Virus record (IMG/VR): IMGVR_UViG_3300027759_000002
Location: 64,001 to 128,000 of that record
Length of the DNA stretch: 64,000 bases
Direction: 5' to 3' (one strand)
Origin: a virus
Position 1 is the stretch's first letter; the number at the start of each line of letters is the position of its first letter. Below are positions 9,799 to 20,553 of the stretch, in pieces. The translations under genes were made by a program, and so were the position numbers. The notes beneath the pieces are model-generated. The model was not told the DNA's origin. It saw only the letters and a program-made list of their open reading frames with translations, and ran no database searches.

Positions 9799-11106
9799 AT
9801 GTTATGTAGAATTAACCCATCAGTTAACGGTACAGTAACCGACCAAAAAGCAGTTGCTATAAATTTTTTACGAGCAATACGAGCTATAACTACTGCAGCT
9901 GCAAACTCAACACCAAGTGCTTTATCACAAACTGCACCGGCAGTTACACCTGCTGGAGCAGATGTAATCACACAGGTTATCAGTAATGCTGAAGGTGGTG
10001 GTTGGGCGAACACCGCTAATACAAACATAACTTCAGACTATAGTACAAGTTTTGCTTCGCCTTATACATTAGACCTATCTAGAGATAGTGGTAAGGGTGC
10101 ATATCCGTTTCGCAAGTTGAGTTTTAGAACTAATGTGAATCATCTTTTCAATGGAGCATATACAACTTATCCTCACATATTAGTTTCACACGGTTTCAAT
10201 ACAACTGCTAATGCGGGTGGAAATTATTTGTTAGGTACAGCTCAATATATGCCTAGTTATGGTGGAGAATATACTAGTAACCGATTTGATGTTAATAGAA
10301 CAGATACTTCAACCACTGCATATAATTATACTCCATGGGGACCAGGAGTACAAGGAGGTGAATGGTTGGTGGCTAGCACTGAACGATATTTTATATTAAT
10401 GTCAGGCGGCCTATCATCAACGGCAGGTTATGGACCTGGTGGTATGATGTATGTCGGACTAAGAACTACTCAAGCTTGGGAAGATTCATATAACGATAAT
10501 CCACCGATAGCAAGTGTTTGTTATGATGCCTCGGCCTATTACGACCAATCTTGTGGATCAAATGCAAGTATGTGGACAAGAACTCTTTCAAGTTCAGGCA
10601 CAGTAAACAATTCACCATTTTGGTATCGAATAAACAACCAAGTCAACAACGCCACATCTGCCGCTGTGCTTGACCTATCAGGCAACTATATCGATCCACT
10701 TTCAGCTTATTCCTATTCAACATCACAGTGGAATACTTACATCAGAGATCCTAGATACCATTGGGCAAATGAGATGCAAGTACCAATGTGTCCTTCATCA
10801 GGATTTTCCAATTTTAAATCAAAAATCAGAGGAAATTATCAAGTAACTGGTCCAACAATGGATCCATCGACAGGCACTTTTGTTCCTCCTGCATTTCCAA
10901 TTGTATTTGCAAAGAACACACAAGGCGCAACAACTGCTGGCGGTACAGCAATAGGATTATATAAGAGTATGAGTGGATCAGATACTTTCTTACAACAATA
11001 CTACACACCAGGTCAAACATTCGTGGTTAATAATGAAGCATATTATGCATACGTAATAGGAAATGACAGTCTATATAGAGACATGTTCTTGGTAAGAAAA
11101 GCTTAA
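9799..11106 (+). CDS. Hypothetical virion protein (Thr/Gly/Tyr-rich)
   Basis: 435-aa ORF, second of the pair; C-terminal GQTFVVNNEAYY resembles GDxFxYxxKxY of 18078 and 19331. Confidence 0.6.
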   Translation: MLCRINPSVNGTVTDQKAVAINFLRAIRAITTAAANSTPSALSQTAPAVTPAGADVITQVISNAEGGGWANTANTNITSDYSTSFASPYTLDLSRDSGKGAYPFRKLSFRTNVNHLFNGAYTTYPHILVSHGFNTTANAGGNYLLGTAQYMPSYGGEYTSNRFDVNRTDTSTTAYNYTPWGPGVQGGEWLVASTERYFILMSGGLSSTAGYGPGGMMYVGLRTTQAWEDSYNDNPPIASVCYDASAYYDQSCGSNASMWTRTLSSSGTVNNSPFWYRINNQVNNATSAAVLDLSGNYIDPLSAYSYSTSQWNTYIRDPRYHWANEMQVPMCPSSGFSNFKSKIRGNYQVTGPTMDPSTGTFVPPAFPIVFAKNTQGATTAGGTAIGLYKSMSGSDTFLQQYYTPGQTFVVNNEAYYAYVIGNDSLYRDMFLVRKA

Positions 11107-11148
11107 CAGGAGTTTTTTTGAAAACTCATGTGGTTGATTAAAAAATAA

Positions 11149-14100
11149 ATGGCAAATGTATTAGCGACTTATGGATTTCCAGATAGTTACGAGTTAATCG
11201 TAGCTGGTTCAGCATCGGTAAAATATGTAAGTGCTTCGGGTAGTGACAGTAATAACGGCAATACGGTAAGCACACCGTACTTGACCATTGCAGCGGCATT
11301 AAGTGCAACAAGCGGTACAGCAACATCAGTAACCATTGTCATTCTTGCTGGCACATATAATATATCAGCAACCGCATTAGCTAATGGTTATGGCGCAGCA
11401 TGTATAAGTGACGGTGGGAATCCTAGAATATTTGTTTGTTCTGCCGGTCAAGTAATCATAAACTGTACTGATGCAACCGCAGTACGAGATTTTGCGCCAC
11501 TCAATTTTGTAAATTCTAGTTCGGCCATTTATGGCGCCATATTAAAGCGCAACAACAGTGGACGAACAACCAGTTATACAGTATCAGTTTTAAATGATGA
11601 GTCTGTAAACTTCAGAGGTTCGGCATATAATACAATATTCCAAGAAGTAAATTCCAACAATGCTTGGTCAGTACAATATGATAACGGTGGTAATCCAACA
11701 GGTAAAGTATATAACTCTACGTTCTATAATGGAGCAAATGCCGCTGCTGATTATTCTGGCGGTGCAGGTTTAGTAATAACCGACACAGTATTCAATACGA
11801 CAACATCAAGTTCTGCAACATTTACTGGTTGTTTGACCAGCCAAACAGTTAATGCAACAACTTATGTAACAACAGGCGTAACAACTAAGGGTGTTTATTC
11901 TGGTACATACGCATGGAATGGTACCACCACACCATTGGTCAATGGATTTTTAAATCCAGCAAACACAGTTTTTAGTGGAACAACTATCAATTTCACTTTG
12001 TATGATAGTAATTCAGCAAATGTATCTTATACAATAACTGGCGTAACAACAGCAGATTTAAACGGCACTTCTTTAACAGGTTACTTTACTTCAGCATCAG
12101 GTGCTTTCACACTTAGTGTACCAACAAAAGTCAAAGTTGCTGAAACAAAAACACTATCAATCACAACAGGAACATATTCAGCAAATGTTGTAATCACTCC
12201 GGGACTTAGTTTTGAAGCACTAATTGTAGCTGGCGGTGGTAGTGGTGGTAACCACAATACTACTAATGCGAACGGCGGCGGCGGCGCTGGTGGTGTTCTT
12301 AGAGGATCCATTTCAACGGCCGGCGGTGTTTTTGCTGTGGCTGTTGGCGCAGGCGGTGCAGCAATTGCTAATGCTACTGCTCTCAATGGAGTTAAAGGTA
12401 CTGATTCTGGTCTAGGTAGTTATGTTGCAGAAGGTGGTGGCGGTGGTGGTAGTTCAGGTGTAGGTTTTTCATCGTCAAGTCAGAACGGTGGTTCAGGCGG
12501 CGGTAATGCTTACTATCAATCTGGTGGCGGCCTAGCGAACAATAACCTTACAGCAGGAACATTAACTGTACTAGGTAATAACGGCGGATCAACATCAACA
12601 ACTTGGACTGGCGCAGGCGGTGGTGGTGCTGGAGCAGTCGGTCAAGCCGGAACAGGATCAAGTCCTGGTGGCAATGGCGGCATTGGTATTACTAATGATT
12701 GGACAGGAACCACTCGTTATCTGGCTGGCGGCGGTGGCGGTGGCGGTAACAGTAGTGAACGAGCAGGTGATGGATTTTATGGTGGCGGCCGAGGTTCTGG
12801 TACAACCACATATTACAGTTATAATGTCTATACCAATGAAATAAATGCTACTACTAAAGGTAGCGGAATACCAACTGCTGTAGTCAATACAGGTGGCGGC
12901 GGAGGCGGCGGATCTTATTGGGCATCTAACGGCGGATGGTCTACTGGTTCTGGAGCAGGTGGTTCTGGTATAGTAATTATACAGTATGCAGGAAGTCAAA
13001 AAGCGACAGGCGGTACTGTCACAACAGTTGGATCAAATACAGTTCATACATTCACTACTAGTGGAACATTTACAGTTCTTGGTGGTGGTTTATCAGCAAG
13101 CGCAAACACTTTATATTGGGGTGATAGTTTAACACTTACATATTCTGATGACTTAGCTGATGGAAGTAATGCTGCATACACAATATCCGGAGTAAGTAGT
13201 TCACAAATTAATAATGCATCACTTACTGGCAATTTTACTTTTGCTAACAGTACATCACAATTAATTATACAAACGACACCAACAACTGCTACAGCAAACA
13301 CATTAACTATTACTGTTGGTTCTTACACACTAAACATACCTATAACATTTTTAATATCTTTTACAGGACCAATTGGTGGATACTGGGGTGCAAATTTAAC
13401 ATACACAGCTGCGACAAGAGGTCTAAGTAATAACACATTGATTCCTTATGCCATCACAGGTAGTAATGTTACTAGTTCACAGTTAAATAGTTTGCCTTTG
13501 ACTGGAACAATTACGAATATTGTTTCCGCACTACCATTGGGTAGTAATTATTTTGATGGTACTACCGATTATCTAAGTGTTACCAACGGTTCTGGTTTTC
13601 AGTTTGGCACAGGTGATTTTACTATTGAATGTTGGATTAAAACTACAGACCAAGCATTTGATATTATTAGTCAGCATGCATCAGGTGGAACTAATTGGAA
13701 TTGGTTGATTATCAATGGTAATATATATTGGCAATATTCAAATGCTGGTGCTAATCTATTTTCTATTGCACTCAGTTCTTTGACTTCAAATCCAACTAAT
13801 GGTTCTTGGACACATATTGCTGTTACTAGAACATCTGGCACAATGAAATTTTGGATTAATGGAACAGGTCAATCTACAACTGCTGCAGATAGTACTAATT
13901 ATGCTGGTGCAGCTGCATTGGTTAGAATAGGTGGTTCTCAATATGCTGATTTTCAAGGAAACATTTCTAATTTAAGAGTCGTTAAAGGTCTTGCAGTTTA
14001 TACATCAAACTTTACTCCTTCTGTAACACCATTATTTGCAACACAAAGTTCTGGAACAGGTATCGCTGCAATCACAGGTACACAAACAAGTTTATTAACA

Positions 14101-14727
14101 TGTAAGAGTCAAACTACTCTTACTGATTATAGTACAAATGCATTTGTTGTTACAGGTAACGGAAACGTTGCGGCCAATACAGAATATCCAGGAACATTTA
14201 CTTCCGCTGGGCCAACTACAAACTTAGGAACAGGCACACTAATAATTACCACAAACACCTCGGCTCCTTTGTTATCTTCAGCCAATGGATTTGTTACTGT
14301 TGGCGCAAACACAATAGCTATTACAGTTAGAACTTCAACTGCTGTTGTTACGAATAGTTTTTCAACAACAGTAGATTCTTTTACACCAATTAACACCATC
14401 ACAACAGATATACATTCACAGAATGTTGAAGCAATATTAAGTTCCAATGGATCAGTGGCATTGACAGTGTTGGATGGAAATACTACTCAAAATACATTAA
14501 CGTTTATTAATACCATTACAACAGATATACATTCACAAAATGTTGAAGGTATTGTAACTGTTAGCACAAATTCATTTAATTCGGTAGTAACTTCTAACAC
14601 AATAGATCCATCAATATCAACGATTGTTCCTCTACCAACATACGCATACAGTTCAGGTACGGAACTATCAGCAAACGGAAATGCAATAGCCGCAACACCT
14701 ACTGTCACTCAAACCTGGTACATCTAA
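11149..14727 (+). CDS. Large fibre/spike protein: beta-helix-like N-terminus, Gly-rich domain, LamG domain
   Basis: KYVSASGSDSNNG..VSTPYLTIAAA (DUF1565/pectate-lyase-like start), Gly-rich block, FGTGDFTIECWIK (LamG), duplicated INTITTDIHSQNVE. Confidence 0.7.
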   Translation: MANVLATYGFPDSYELIVAGSASVKYVSASGSDSNNGNTVSTPYLTIAAALSATSGTATSVTIVILAGTYNISATALANGYGAACISDGGNPRIFVCSAGQVIINCTDATAVRDFAPLNFVNSSSAIYGAILKRNNSGRTTSYTVSVLNDESVNFRGSAYNTIFQEVNSNNAWSVQYDNGGNPTGKVYNSTFYNGANAAADYSGGAGLVITDTVFNTTTSSSATFTGCLTSQTVNATTYVTTGVTTKGVYSGTYAWNGTTTPLVNGFLNPANTVFSGTTINFTLYDSNSANVSYTITGVTTADLNGTSLTGYFTSASGAFTLSVPTKVKVAETKTLSITTGTYSANVVITPGLSFEALIVAGGGSGGNHNTTNANGGGGAGGVLRGSISTAGGVFAVAVGAGGAAIANATALNGVKGTDSGLGSYVAEGGGGGGSSGVGFSSSSQNGGSGGGNAYYQSGGGLANNNLTAGTLTVLGNNGGSTSTTWTGAGGGGAGAVGQAGTGSSPGGNGGIGITNDWTGTTRYLAGGGGGGGNSSERAGDGFYGGGRGSGTTTYYSYNVYTNEINATTKGSGIPTAVVNTGGGGGGGSYWASNGGWSTGSGAGGSGIVIIQYAGSQKATGGTVTTVGSNTVHTFTTSGTFTVLGGGLSASANTLYWGDSLTLTYSDDLADGSNAAYTISGVSSSQINNASLTGNFTFANSTSQLIIQTTPTTATANTLTITVGSYTLNIPITFLISFTGPIGGYWGANLTYTAATRGLSNNTLIPYAITGSNVTSSQLNSLPLTGTITNIVSALPLGSNYFDGTTDYLSVTNGSGFQFGTGDFTIECWIKTTDQAFDIISQHASGGTNWNWLIINGNIYWQYSNAGANLFSIALSSLTSNPTNGSWTHIAVTRTSGTMKFWINGTGQSTTAADSTNYAGAAALVRIGGSQYADFQGNISNLRVVKGLAVYTSNFTPSVTPLFATQSSGTGIAAITGTQTSLLTCKSQTTLTDYSTNAFVVTGNGNVAANTEYPGTFTSAGPTTNLGTGTLIITTNTSAPLLSSANGFVTVGANTIAITVRTSTAVVTNSFSTTVDSFTPINTITTDIHSQNVEAILSSNGSVALTVLDGNTTQNTLTFINTITTDIHSQNVEGIVTVSTNSFNSVVTSNTIDPSISTIVPLPTYAYSSGTELSANGNAIAATPTVTQTWYI

Positions 14728-14776
14728 AATTTTCAACAAAAAAAGTGAAATAAATAGAATGAAAAGGTTATAAAGA

Positions 14777-15832
14777 ATGTCAACTCAAGTCCCACCGTCA
14801 AGATTAGATTCAACCAAAGACTTTTCATCTTTGGTTCCTTCTGCGTTCGCTCGTGCTAATGCTGCGTTCGCACAAGCAAATAATTCTACTGACACTTGGG
14901 TAAGAGGTCAGGCTAATAACGCATACAATACAGCTAATGCTGCATTTCTGCAAGCGAACAATTCTACCGATTCATGGGTAAGAACACAAGCTAATAATTC
15001 TTTTAATAAAGCAAACTCAGCCGCAGAGTTTGCTAATGCATCCTTTTTGGTTGCCAACTCGGCATATGCTTGGGGCAACCACGCTACAGTTGGTTATGCA
15101 ACAACAACTTATGTTGGTACAGCTGTTGCCAATCTAGTAAATTCAGCACCAAGCACATTAGATACATTAAATGAATTGGCAACCGCATTAGGTAATGATG
15201 CCAATTTTAGTGCCACGATTACTAACATGGTTGGCACAGCAAACTCTTTTGCTAATGGTGCTTTCACACAAGCAAACTCAGCAGCATCATTTGCTAACGG
15301 TGCATTTGGTGTTGCTAATACATCAGCTAGTTTTGCCAATGGTGCTTTCCTACAAGCTAATGCTGTATTCAGCCAATCAAATACGTATGTTTGGCCAACA
15401 GCCAACTCAGCCGCAAGTTTTGCTAATAGTGCCTTTGCTCGTGCAAATGCGGCTTATGCTCAAGCCAATACGGGTTCTACCGATACATGGGTTAGAACTC
15501 AGGCTAACAATGCGTACACACAGGCCAATGCGGCTCTCATTCAAGCAAACTCATCACAATTATCAGCAAACGTAGATTCATTTATCGGTAATGGTTCAAA
15601 CACAACATTCTTATTAACTGTAACACCAGCAGATAAGAAATTTACCATGTTAGTTGTTGATGGTGTTGCACAACCAAAGAGTGCTTACACAATATCTGGT
15701 ACAACACTTGCATTATCTTCAGCGGCACCTAACAATGCCATTGTAGAAATAACAACATTTGGTGGTAATGCATCCGCACCAACTCAAACATTACCTGACA
15801 TTTTAAGTCCCTTCTTATTTTTAGGGATATAA
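14777..15832 (+). CDS. Tail fibre stalk protein
   Basis: APSTLDTLNELATALGNDANF tail-fibre motif, ANxAF repeats, GNGSNTTF...VDGVAQP Ig-like domain, ends PFLFLGI. Confidence 0.75.
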   Translation: MSTQVPPSRLDSTKDFSSLVPSAFARANAAFAQANNSTDTWVRGQANNAYNTANAAFLQANNSTDSWVRTQANNSFNKANSAAEFANASFLVANSAYAWGNHATVGYATTTYVGTAVANLVNSAPSTLDTLNELATALGNDANFSATITNMVGTANSFANGAFTQANSAASFANGAFGVANTSASFANGAFLQANAVFSQSNTYVWPTANSAASFANSAFARANAAYAQANTGSTDTWVRTQANNAYTQANAALIQANSSQLSANVDSFIGNGSNTTFLLTVTPADKKFTMLVVDGVAQPKSAYTISGTTLALSSAAPNNAIVEITTFGGNASAPTQTLPDILSPFLFLGI

Positions 15833-15841
15833 GGAAAAAAT

Positions 15842-16171
15842 ATGGCAGCTTTATATAAAATTTTAGGTCAAGCAAATCCAGCAGCAACAACAGCAACGAC
15901 TGTATATACTGTGCCTGCTTTAACAAATACAGTATGTTCCACAATCTCAGTCTGTAATACTGGTGCAACATCCGCAACTTTCAGAATTGCCTTTAGACCA
16001 ACAGGTGAATCTTTGGCACTAAAACATTATATCAATTATGATACAACTGTGGCAGGCAACGATTCAATGTACATTTCATTAGGTGTCACTCTAGCAACAA
16101 CCGATGTTGTTACTGTGTATGCAAGTAATGCCAATTTATGTTTCTCTATGTTTGGTACGGAGATTGTTTAA
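15842..16171 (+). CDS. Small beta-rich appendage/adaptor protein
   Basis: YKILGQANPAATTATTVYTVPA...FGTEIV paralog. Confidence 0.7.
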   Translation: MAALYKILGQANPAATTATTVYTVPALTNTVCSTISVCNTGATSATFRIAFRPTGESLALKHYINYDTTVAGNDSMYISLGVTLATTDVVTVYASNANLCFSMFGTEIV

Positions 16172-17127
16172 TGGGTATTAAGAGTGCCAGTCAACTGTCT
16201 GTTAGTAAGGGAAGATTCTTCTCATCAACCACCAGTGGTGGTTCGACTTCAGCAGCATTGGCAACAAGTACTGGTGGAACAATCTATTTGGGTAATAGAG
16301 TAGTACCAGTATCAAACACATACGTTGAAAACGGATACAGATATCATTTATATAAATCAAACGGAACATTTACCGCATCAGGAACAGGCACAGTTGATAT
16401 ACTACTAGTAGGTGGTGGCGGTGGCGGTGGCCAAGGCGGTGGCGGTAGCGGAGCAAATGTAATTATATTAACTGGTGTTACAGTAACAGCACAAACTTAT
16501 ACTGTAACAGTTGGTTCCGGTGGTGTTGCTGGTCGTAATGGTGGTTATGGTAGTACCAATCCAACAGCAGGCACACCTTCTTCTGTTACAGGTATTGCCG
16601 GTGCTACTGCAAATGGTGGTGCATCCGGCGATAACGCTAGTTATGCTGGTAATGGTTTTCCGGCCGGATCCGGAGCAGGCGCAAGCACCACATCACCAAT
16701 AGGTCCATCTTCAAACGTTTATGTTGCATATGGTATATCAGCAGGTTATAGTTCACCTGGATCAAGTGGTGCAACAGGCCAAAATGGTGCATCAGACAAT
16801 GGTTTTTTAAGTTCCATCTCACAAAATTTTCCCGCAGTTGGTGAAAGATTGGGAACAAATACATATTTTGGAGCAGGCGGTGGAGGAGGTTGTAGTCAAG
16901 GAAACAACAATACTAACAGAGGTTACATAGGATGGGGTGGATTAGGTAAGGGTGGTGGATCAAAATATGGTGGTTATGGTGGTACTGATGTAGTAACCAC
17001 AGCAGGACAAAGTGGTGCCGATAATACCGGATCGGGTGGATCAGGTGGTACGGTAATTGATAGTAACCAATATCCTGGCGGTGGTTCTGGTGGTTCTGGT
17101 GTTGTAGTCATAAGGTATGCCATTTAA
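16171..17127 (+). CDS. Glycine-rich tail fibre/appendage protein
   Basis: Start ATG 16171 overlaps the upstream TAA; ILLVGGGGGGG and GGSGVVVIRY motifs. Confidence 0.72.
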   Translation: MGIKSASQLSVSKGRFFSSTTSGGSTSAALATSTGGTIYLGNRVVPVSNTYVENGYRYHLYKSNGTFTASGTGTVDILLVGGGGGGGQGGGGSGANVIILTGVTVTAQTYTVTVGSGGVAGRNGGYGSTNPTAGTPSSVTGIAGATANGGASGDNASYAGNGFPAGSGAGASTTSPIGPSSNVYVAYGISAGYSSPGSSGATGQNGASDNGFLSSISQNFPAVGERLGTNTYFGAGGGGGCSQGNNNTNRGYIGWGGLGKGGGSKYGGYGGTDVVTTAGQSGADNTGSGGSGGTVIDSNQYPGGGSGGSGVVVIRYAI

Positions 17128-17145
17128 CTCATCTAAATAAATATT

Positions 17146-17790
17146 ATGCCATTACAAAAAATTAATCCAACCAGTTTAGATATATCAAAAGATTTTTCTT
17201 TTGCGAATATCAACGTCACTGGAAGTTTGATAGTCAATACTGTTAATATTGGCCAAACAATTCTTTCAGGAACAGTTGCATCTAATGCAGCCTTTGACCG
17301 TGCCAATGCGGCTTATAATGCAGCTAACACAGCAACAGATACTTGGGTAAGAGGTCAGGCTAATAATGCATTTTCTGCGGCAAATTCTGGTGCAACTTTT
17401 GCCAATGCGGCTTTTGCTAGGGCCAACGCAGCCTATGCACAAGCAAATACTGGTGGTAGTGGTGGCACTACCGCAGCTTATGTGAAAACATATTATTGGA
17501 AAGGTGCATTAACGGAAAACGTTGGCACACTAAGACACTATATACCTCTTGTAACAGCAAACGTAACATCAATTACTTCCTATTTGGCTTCTCCAGGTTT
17601 AACACAAAGTACAGTTGTTGTTAAAAAGAACGGTACTGTTATAAACACAATAAGATTTGCGGCTGCTGGAACATCAAACACACAAACTGGTTTATCAATT
17701 CCAGTAACTTCATCAGACTACTTAACAGTTGATATTACACAAAGTAGCAGTGGTTCAGATTTATACATTAACTTCATATATCAAGGATAA
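17146..17790 (+). CDS. Short ANxAF stalk protein with C-terminal beta domain
   Basis: TDTWVRGQANNAF motif; VKKNG...DYLTVDI...DLYINFIY paralogous to the 7379 C-terminus. Confidence 0.7.
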   Translation: MPLQKINPTSLDISKDFSFANINVTGSLIVNTVNIGQTILSGTVASNAAFDRANAAYNAANTATDTWVRGQANNAFSAANSGATFANAAFARANAAYAQANTGGSGGTTAAYVKTYYWKGALTENVGTLRHYIPLVTANVTSITSYLASPGLTQSTVVVKKNGTVINTIRFAAAGTSNTQTGLSIPVTSSDYLTVDITQSSSGSDLYINFIYQG

Positions 17791-17793
17791 GTT

Positions 17794-18078
17794 ATGAGAT
17801 TCGAAGAAATACAAAACATCTTTCAAACTCCATGGTTGGCACCGTGGCAACATGATTATTATGCAGCAACATTTTTGGAACCAAAAACAGGCCAAGAATT
17901 CTTAGACTATGCATATAGTAAGATTGAAAATCTTTCAGGCATTTGGTATGAAGTGGCTGGTCCAATGGCATATTTTGTTGTGGTCAAAGGCACTGTAATA
18001 CCAGAAGATTTTGCTTATGCATTAGCGCAGGTTGATGATGCGCCGGAACAACCTGCACCGGAAGAAGGAACAGAATAA
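17794..18078 (+). CDS. Small acidic protein
   Basis: 94-aa ORF coupled to neighbours, acidic Pro-rich tail as in 8277-8591. Confidence 0.55.
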   Translation: MRFEEIQNIFQTPWLAPWQHDYYAATFLEPKTGQEFLDYAYSKIENLSGIWYEVAGPMAYFVVVKGTVIPEDFAYALAQVDDAPEQPAPEEGTE

Positions 18079-19328
18079 TGTATATTAAATTAAACTTTAC
18101 CTCAGACAAATATTTAAATCATATATTTCGTATAGTTAACGAAGTTATCAATACACCTGCAATTGCTAACGTTGCGTCTTTACAAAGTACTGCAACATCG
18201 GGCAATTGGTGGGCAACTTTGTTAACTGGTCTTGATGCAAATACGAGTGAAATTATTAGAACAGGCACTGGTACTACAGGACTAACATCAAACACAGTTT
18301 CACGATATGCTAAAAATGGAGGTGGTACAAGTTATGCGGACGAACATGCATGGACACTTGAGTTCTCCAATTATGATGATAACACTAAAAAATATTATAT
18401 TCAACATGTTAATGCTTCTGAAGGTGGTTACACATCAACTGTTAGGACAGCCAATGGATTGTCTAGTGGAACATTATCAAGTTTAACAAGTCAAGCGATT
18501 TCACAATCTGGTACCATAAACACCACTCCAGGCACAGCACCCACATTCAATAATTCAGTAAATTCAGGATCATCAGGATCTGCTGGTAGTAGCACTAGTG
18601 GTTTTTTAAATGTAAGATGTTTCACTATGTATCTAAGTGATAATGCTCTTGTCTGGTGTGCCACAAATGGCAACACATATAACGTTGGATTTGGAAACAC
18701 TTATTCTGCCAGTACATCATATATTGGTCCATTCATTTATAGTCAATACAACAGATTTGATTACACAAATACCAATGCAACATTTATAACTCCATTGATG
18801 TTTACAAATTATAATAGAGGTGTAGGTATTGGGTTTGGTGGTGTAGCTGATTGGAATAGAATAGAAAATACTCAGTATAATACTACCAGTAATTCACATG
18901 CATTTAGAGTGTTCAACTTATATAACGCTTATCCATCAACAACTCCTAGTTGGCCAATGGTGTTGCAACCGTATGTCAGCTGGGGCGTAGGTTCTAGATA
19001 CTCACAAGATTCCGCTCTAACAGCCGCAGCAACCGGTGGTGGCACCGTTTCTAATCCAACATACGGTGCAGTTGTTTTCACAACAACAGCTACACGTTAT
19101 CCTAGCGCAGATTTAAAAACACAAACATATGGCATGTTACCAATTTCATGGAGAAATTCATACTATTATAATGCTGGTGGTGATGCCGGAACACAAGGTG
19201 GTTGGTATTTATTTAATGGCGATTATTATCCAGGAGATGAATTTTCATATGGTGGAAAAACATACAAAATTTTGCCGACTTGGACTGGATATACAGACCG
19301 TGTTGGTATAGCAATTCCAAAGGAATAA
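18078..19328 (+). CDS. Hypothetical virion protein, paralog of 19331-20551
   Basis: MYIKLNFT...QYNRFDY...GWYLFNGDYYPGDEFSYGGKTYKI. Confidence 0.65.
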   Translation: MYIKLNFTSDKYLNHIFRIVNEVINTPAIANVASLQSTATSGNWWATLLTGLDANTSEIIRTGTGTTGLTSNTVSRYAKNGGGTSYADEHAWTLEFSNYDDNTKKYYIQHVNASEGGYTSTVRTANGLSSGTLSSLTSQAISQSGTINTTPGTAPTFNNSVNSGSSGSAGSSTSGFLNVRCFTMYLSDNALVWCATNGNTYNVGFGNTYSASTSYIGPFIYSQYNRFDYTNTNATFITPLMFTNYNRGVGIGFGGVADWNRIENTQYNTTSNSHAFRVFNLYNAYPSTTPSWPMVLQPYVSWGVGSRYSQDSALTAAATGGGTVSNPTYGAVVFTTTATRYPSADLKTQTYGMLPISWRNSYYYNAGGDAGTQGGWYLFNGDYYPGDEFSYGGKTYKILPTWTGYTDRVGIAIPKE

Positions 19329-19330
19329 TC

Positions 19331-20551
19331 ATGTTTATTAAATTAAGTTTTACAACAAATACTAGAGTTACAATTCCATTAAGGATGTTAGCTGATATCA
19401 TTAATACTAGTTCTATTACAAGTGTAAGTACATTACAAAGTAGATTTACTTCTGCTAGTTATTCGGCTCCAATATATGCAAACTTTGATGCAACAAACAG
19501 CACAATTATTAGAACTGTTAATCCAGCAAATACAATTTCTCATATAATGTCCGGTGAAATGGGTTCTAATTACATAACATTAACATTAGAACAACCGGTA
19601 TATGATGCATCTTCTAGTAAAATTTATACACAAATTAGGTCTACTTCGGGAGCAACCCCATATTTTGATATTGGTACTGCAATTTCAGGTGGAACTATAA
19701 CGGCTTCGGGAATGCCGGTAACATTTCCTGAAGCTGGCAACGGTAACGCATCAGGTACAACATTGACATTAGGTGGAAACAATTATGGTTCTAGCGCTGT
19801 TTGTTTGTCGGGATCCAATGGTTTTGATAACATTAGAACATTTTGGGCTTATGTAACAGATAAATGTTTCTTTTGGGCTGTTACTAACAATAATAGTTAT
19901 AATGCTGGTTGGGGTTCGACATATTCAAACTCAACACTTCAAGGCGGGCCGTTTTTCCAAACACAATACACTCGTTATGATTATCACAACCTTGACAGTA
20001 ACGGAATTTATCCAGTAATATATACAAACCAAAGAGGTACAGGTATTGGATATGGAACAACAAATGATTTAACTACTGTTCAAAATTTAAATTATGTCAC
20101 CACGAGCATTTTGACACCTTTGCGAGCTCACAGTATGGTGTCAGCGTTACCACAAGTTGGTACATCATGGCCAAAAATTTATAATCAACAGGTTCATATG
20201 ACTATGGCAGGTAGAAGTTCAAGTCATTATGCCTTGAATGCTGGCCAAACTCTCGGAACGGTAACTACTGCTACAGCAGCGACATACGCAGGTGCCATCA
20301 ACACCACGGCAAGTTATCGTTTTCCAAGTGCCAATTTGGGAGGAACAGGTTTTGGTTTAATGCCATTTGGTTGGGAAGCAAATTATTATGGCAATCACGG
20401 CGGTAATGCTAGTGACCAAAATGGTGTATACATCTTCAATGGTGAGTATACACCTGGAGATACATTCACATATAACAATAAAATTTATATGATTTGGCCT
20501 ATGTATAGTGGTTACAGTAATCGTGTAGGTTTTGCGGTTCCAATGGAATAA
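19331..20551 (+). CDS. Hypothetical virion protein, paralog of 18078-19328
   Basis: Likely start ATG 19331; MFIKLSFT...QYTRYDY...GVYIFNGEYTPGDTFTYNNKIY. Confidence 0.65.
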   Translation: MFIKLSFTTNTRVTIPLRMLADIINTSSITSVSTLQSRFTSASYSAPIYANFDATNSTIIRTVNPANTISHIMSGEMGSNYITLTLEQPVYDASSSKIYTQIRSTSGATPYFDIGTAISGGTITASGMPVTFPEAGNGNASGTTLTLGGNNYGSSAVCLSGSNGFDNIRTFWAYVTDKCFFWAVTNNNSYNAGWGSTYSNSTLQGGPFFQTQYTRYDYHNLDSNGIYPVIYTNQRGTGIGYGTTNDLTTVQNLNYVTTSILTPLRAHSMVSALPQVGTSWPKIYNQQVHMTMAGRSSSHYALNAGQTLGTVTTATAATYAGAINTTASYRFPSANLGGTGFGLMPFGWEANYYGNHGGNASDQNGVYIFNGEYTPGDTFTYNNKIYMIWPMYSGYSNRVGFAVPME

Positions 20552-20553
20552 CA

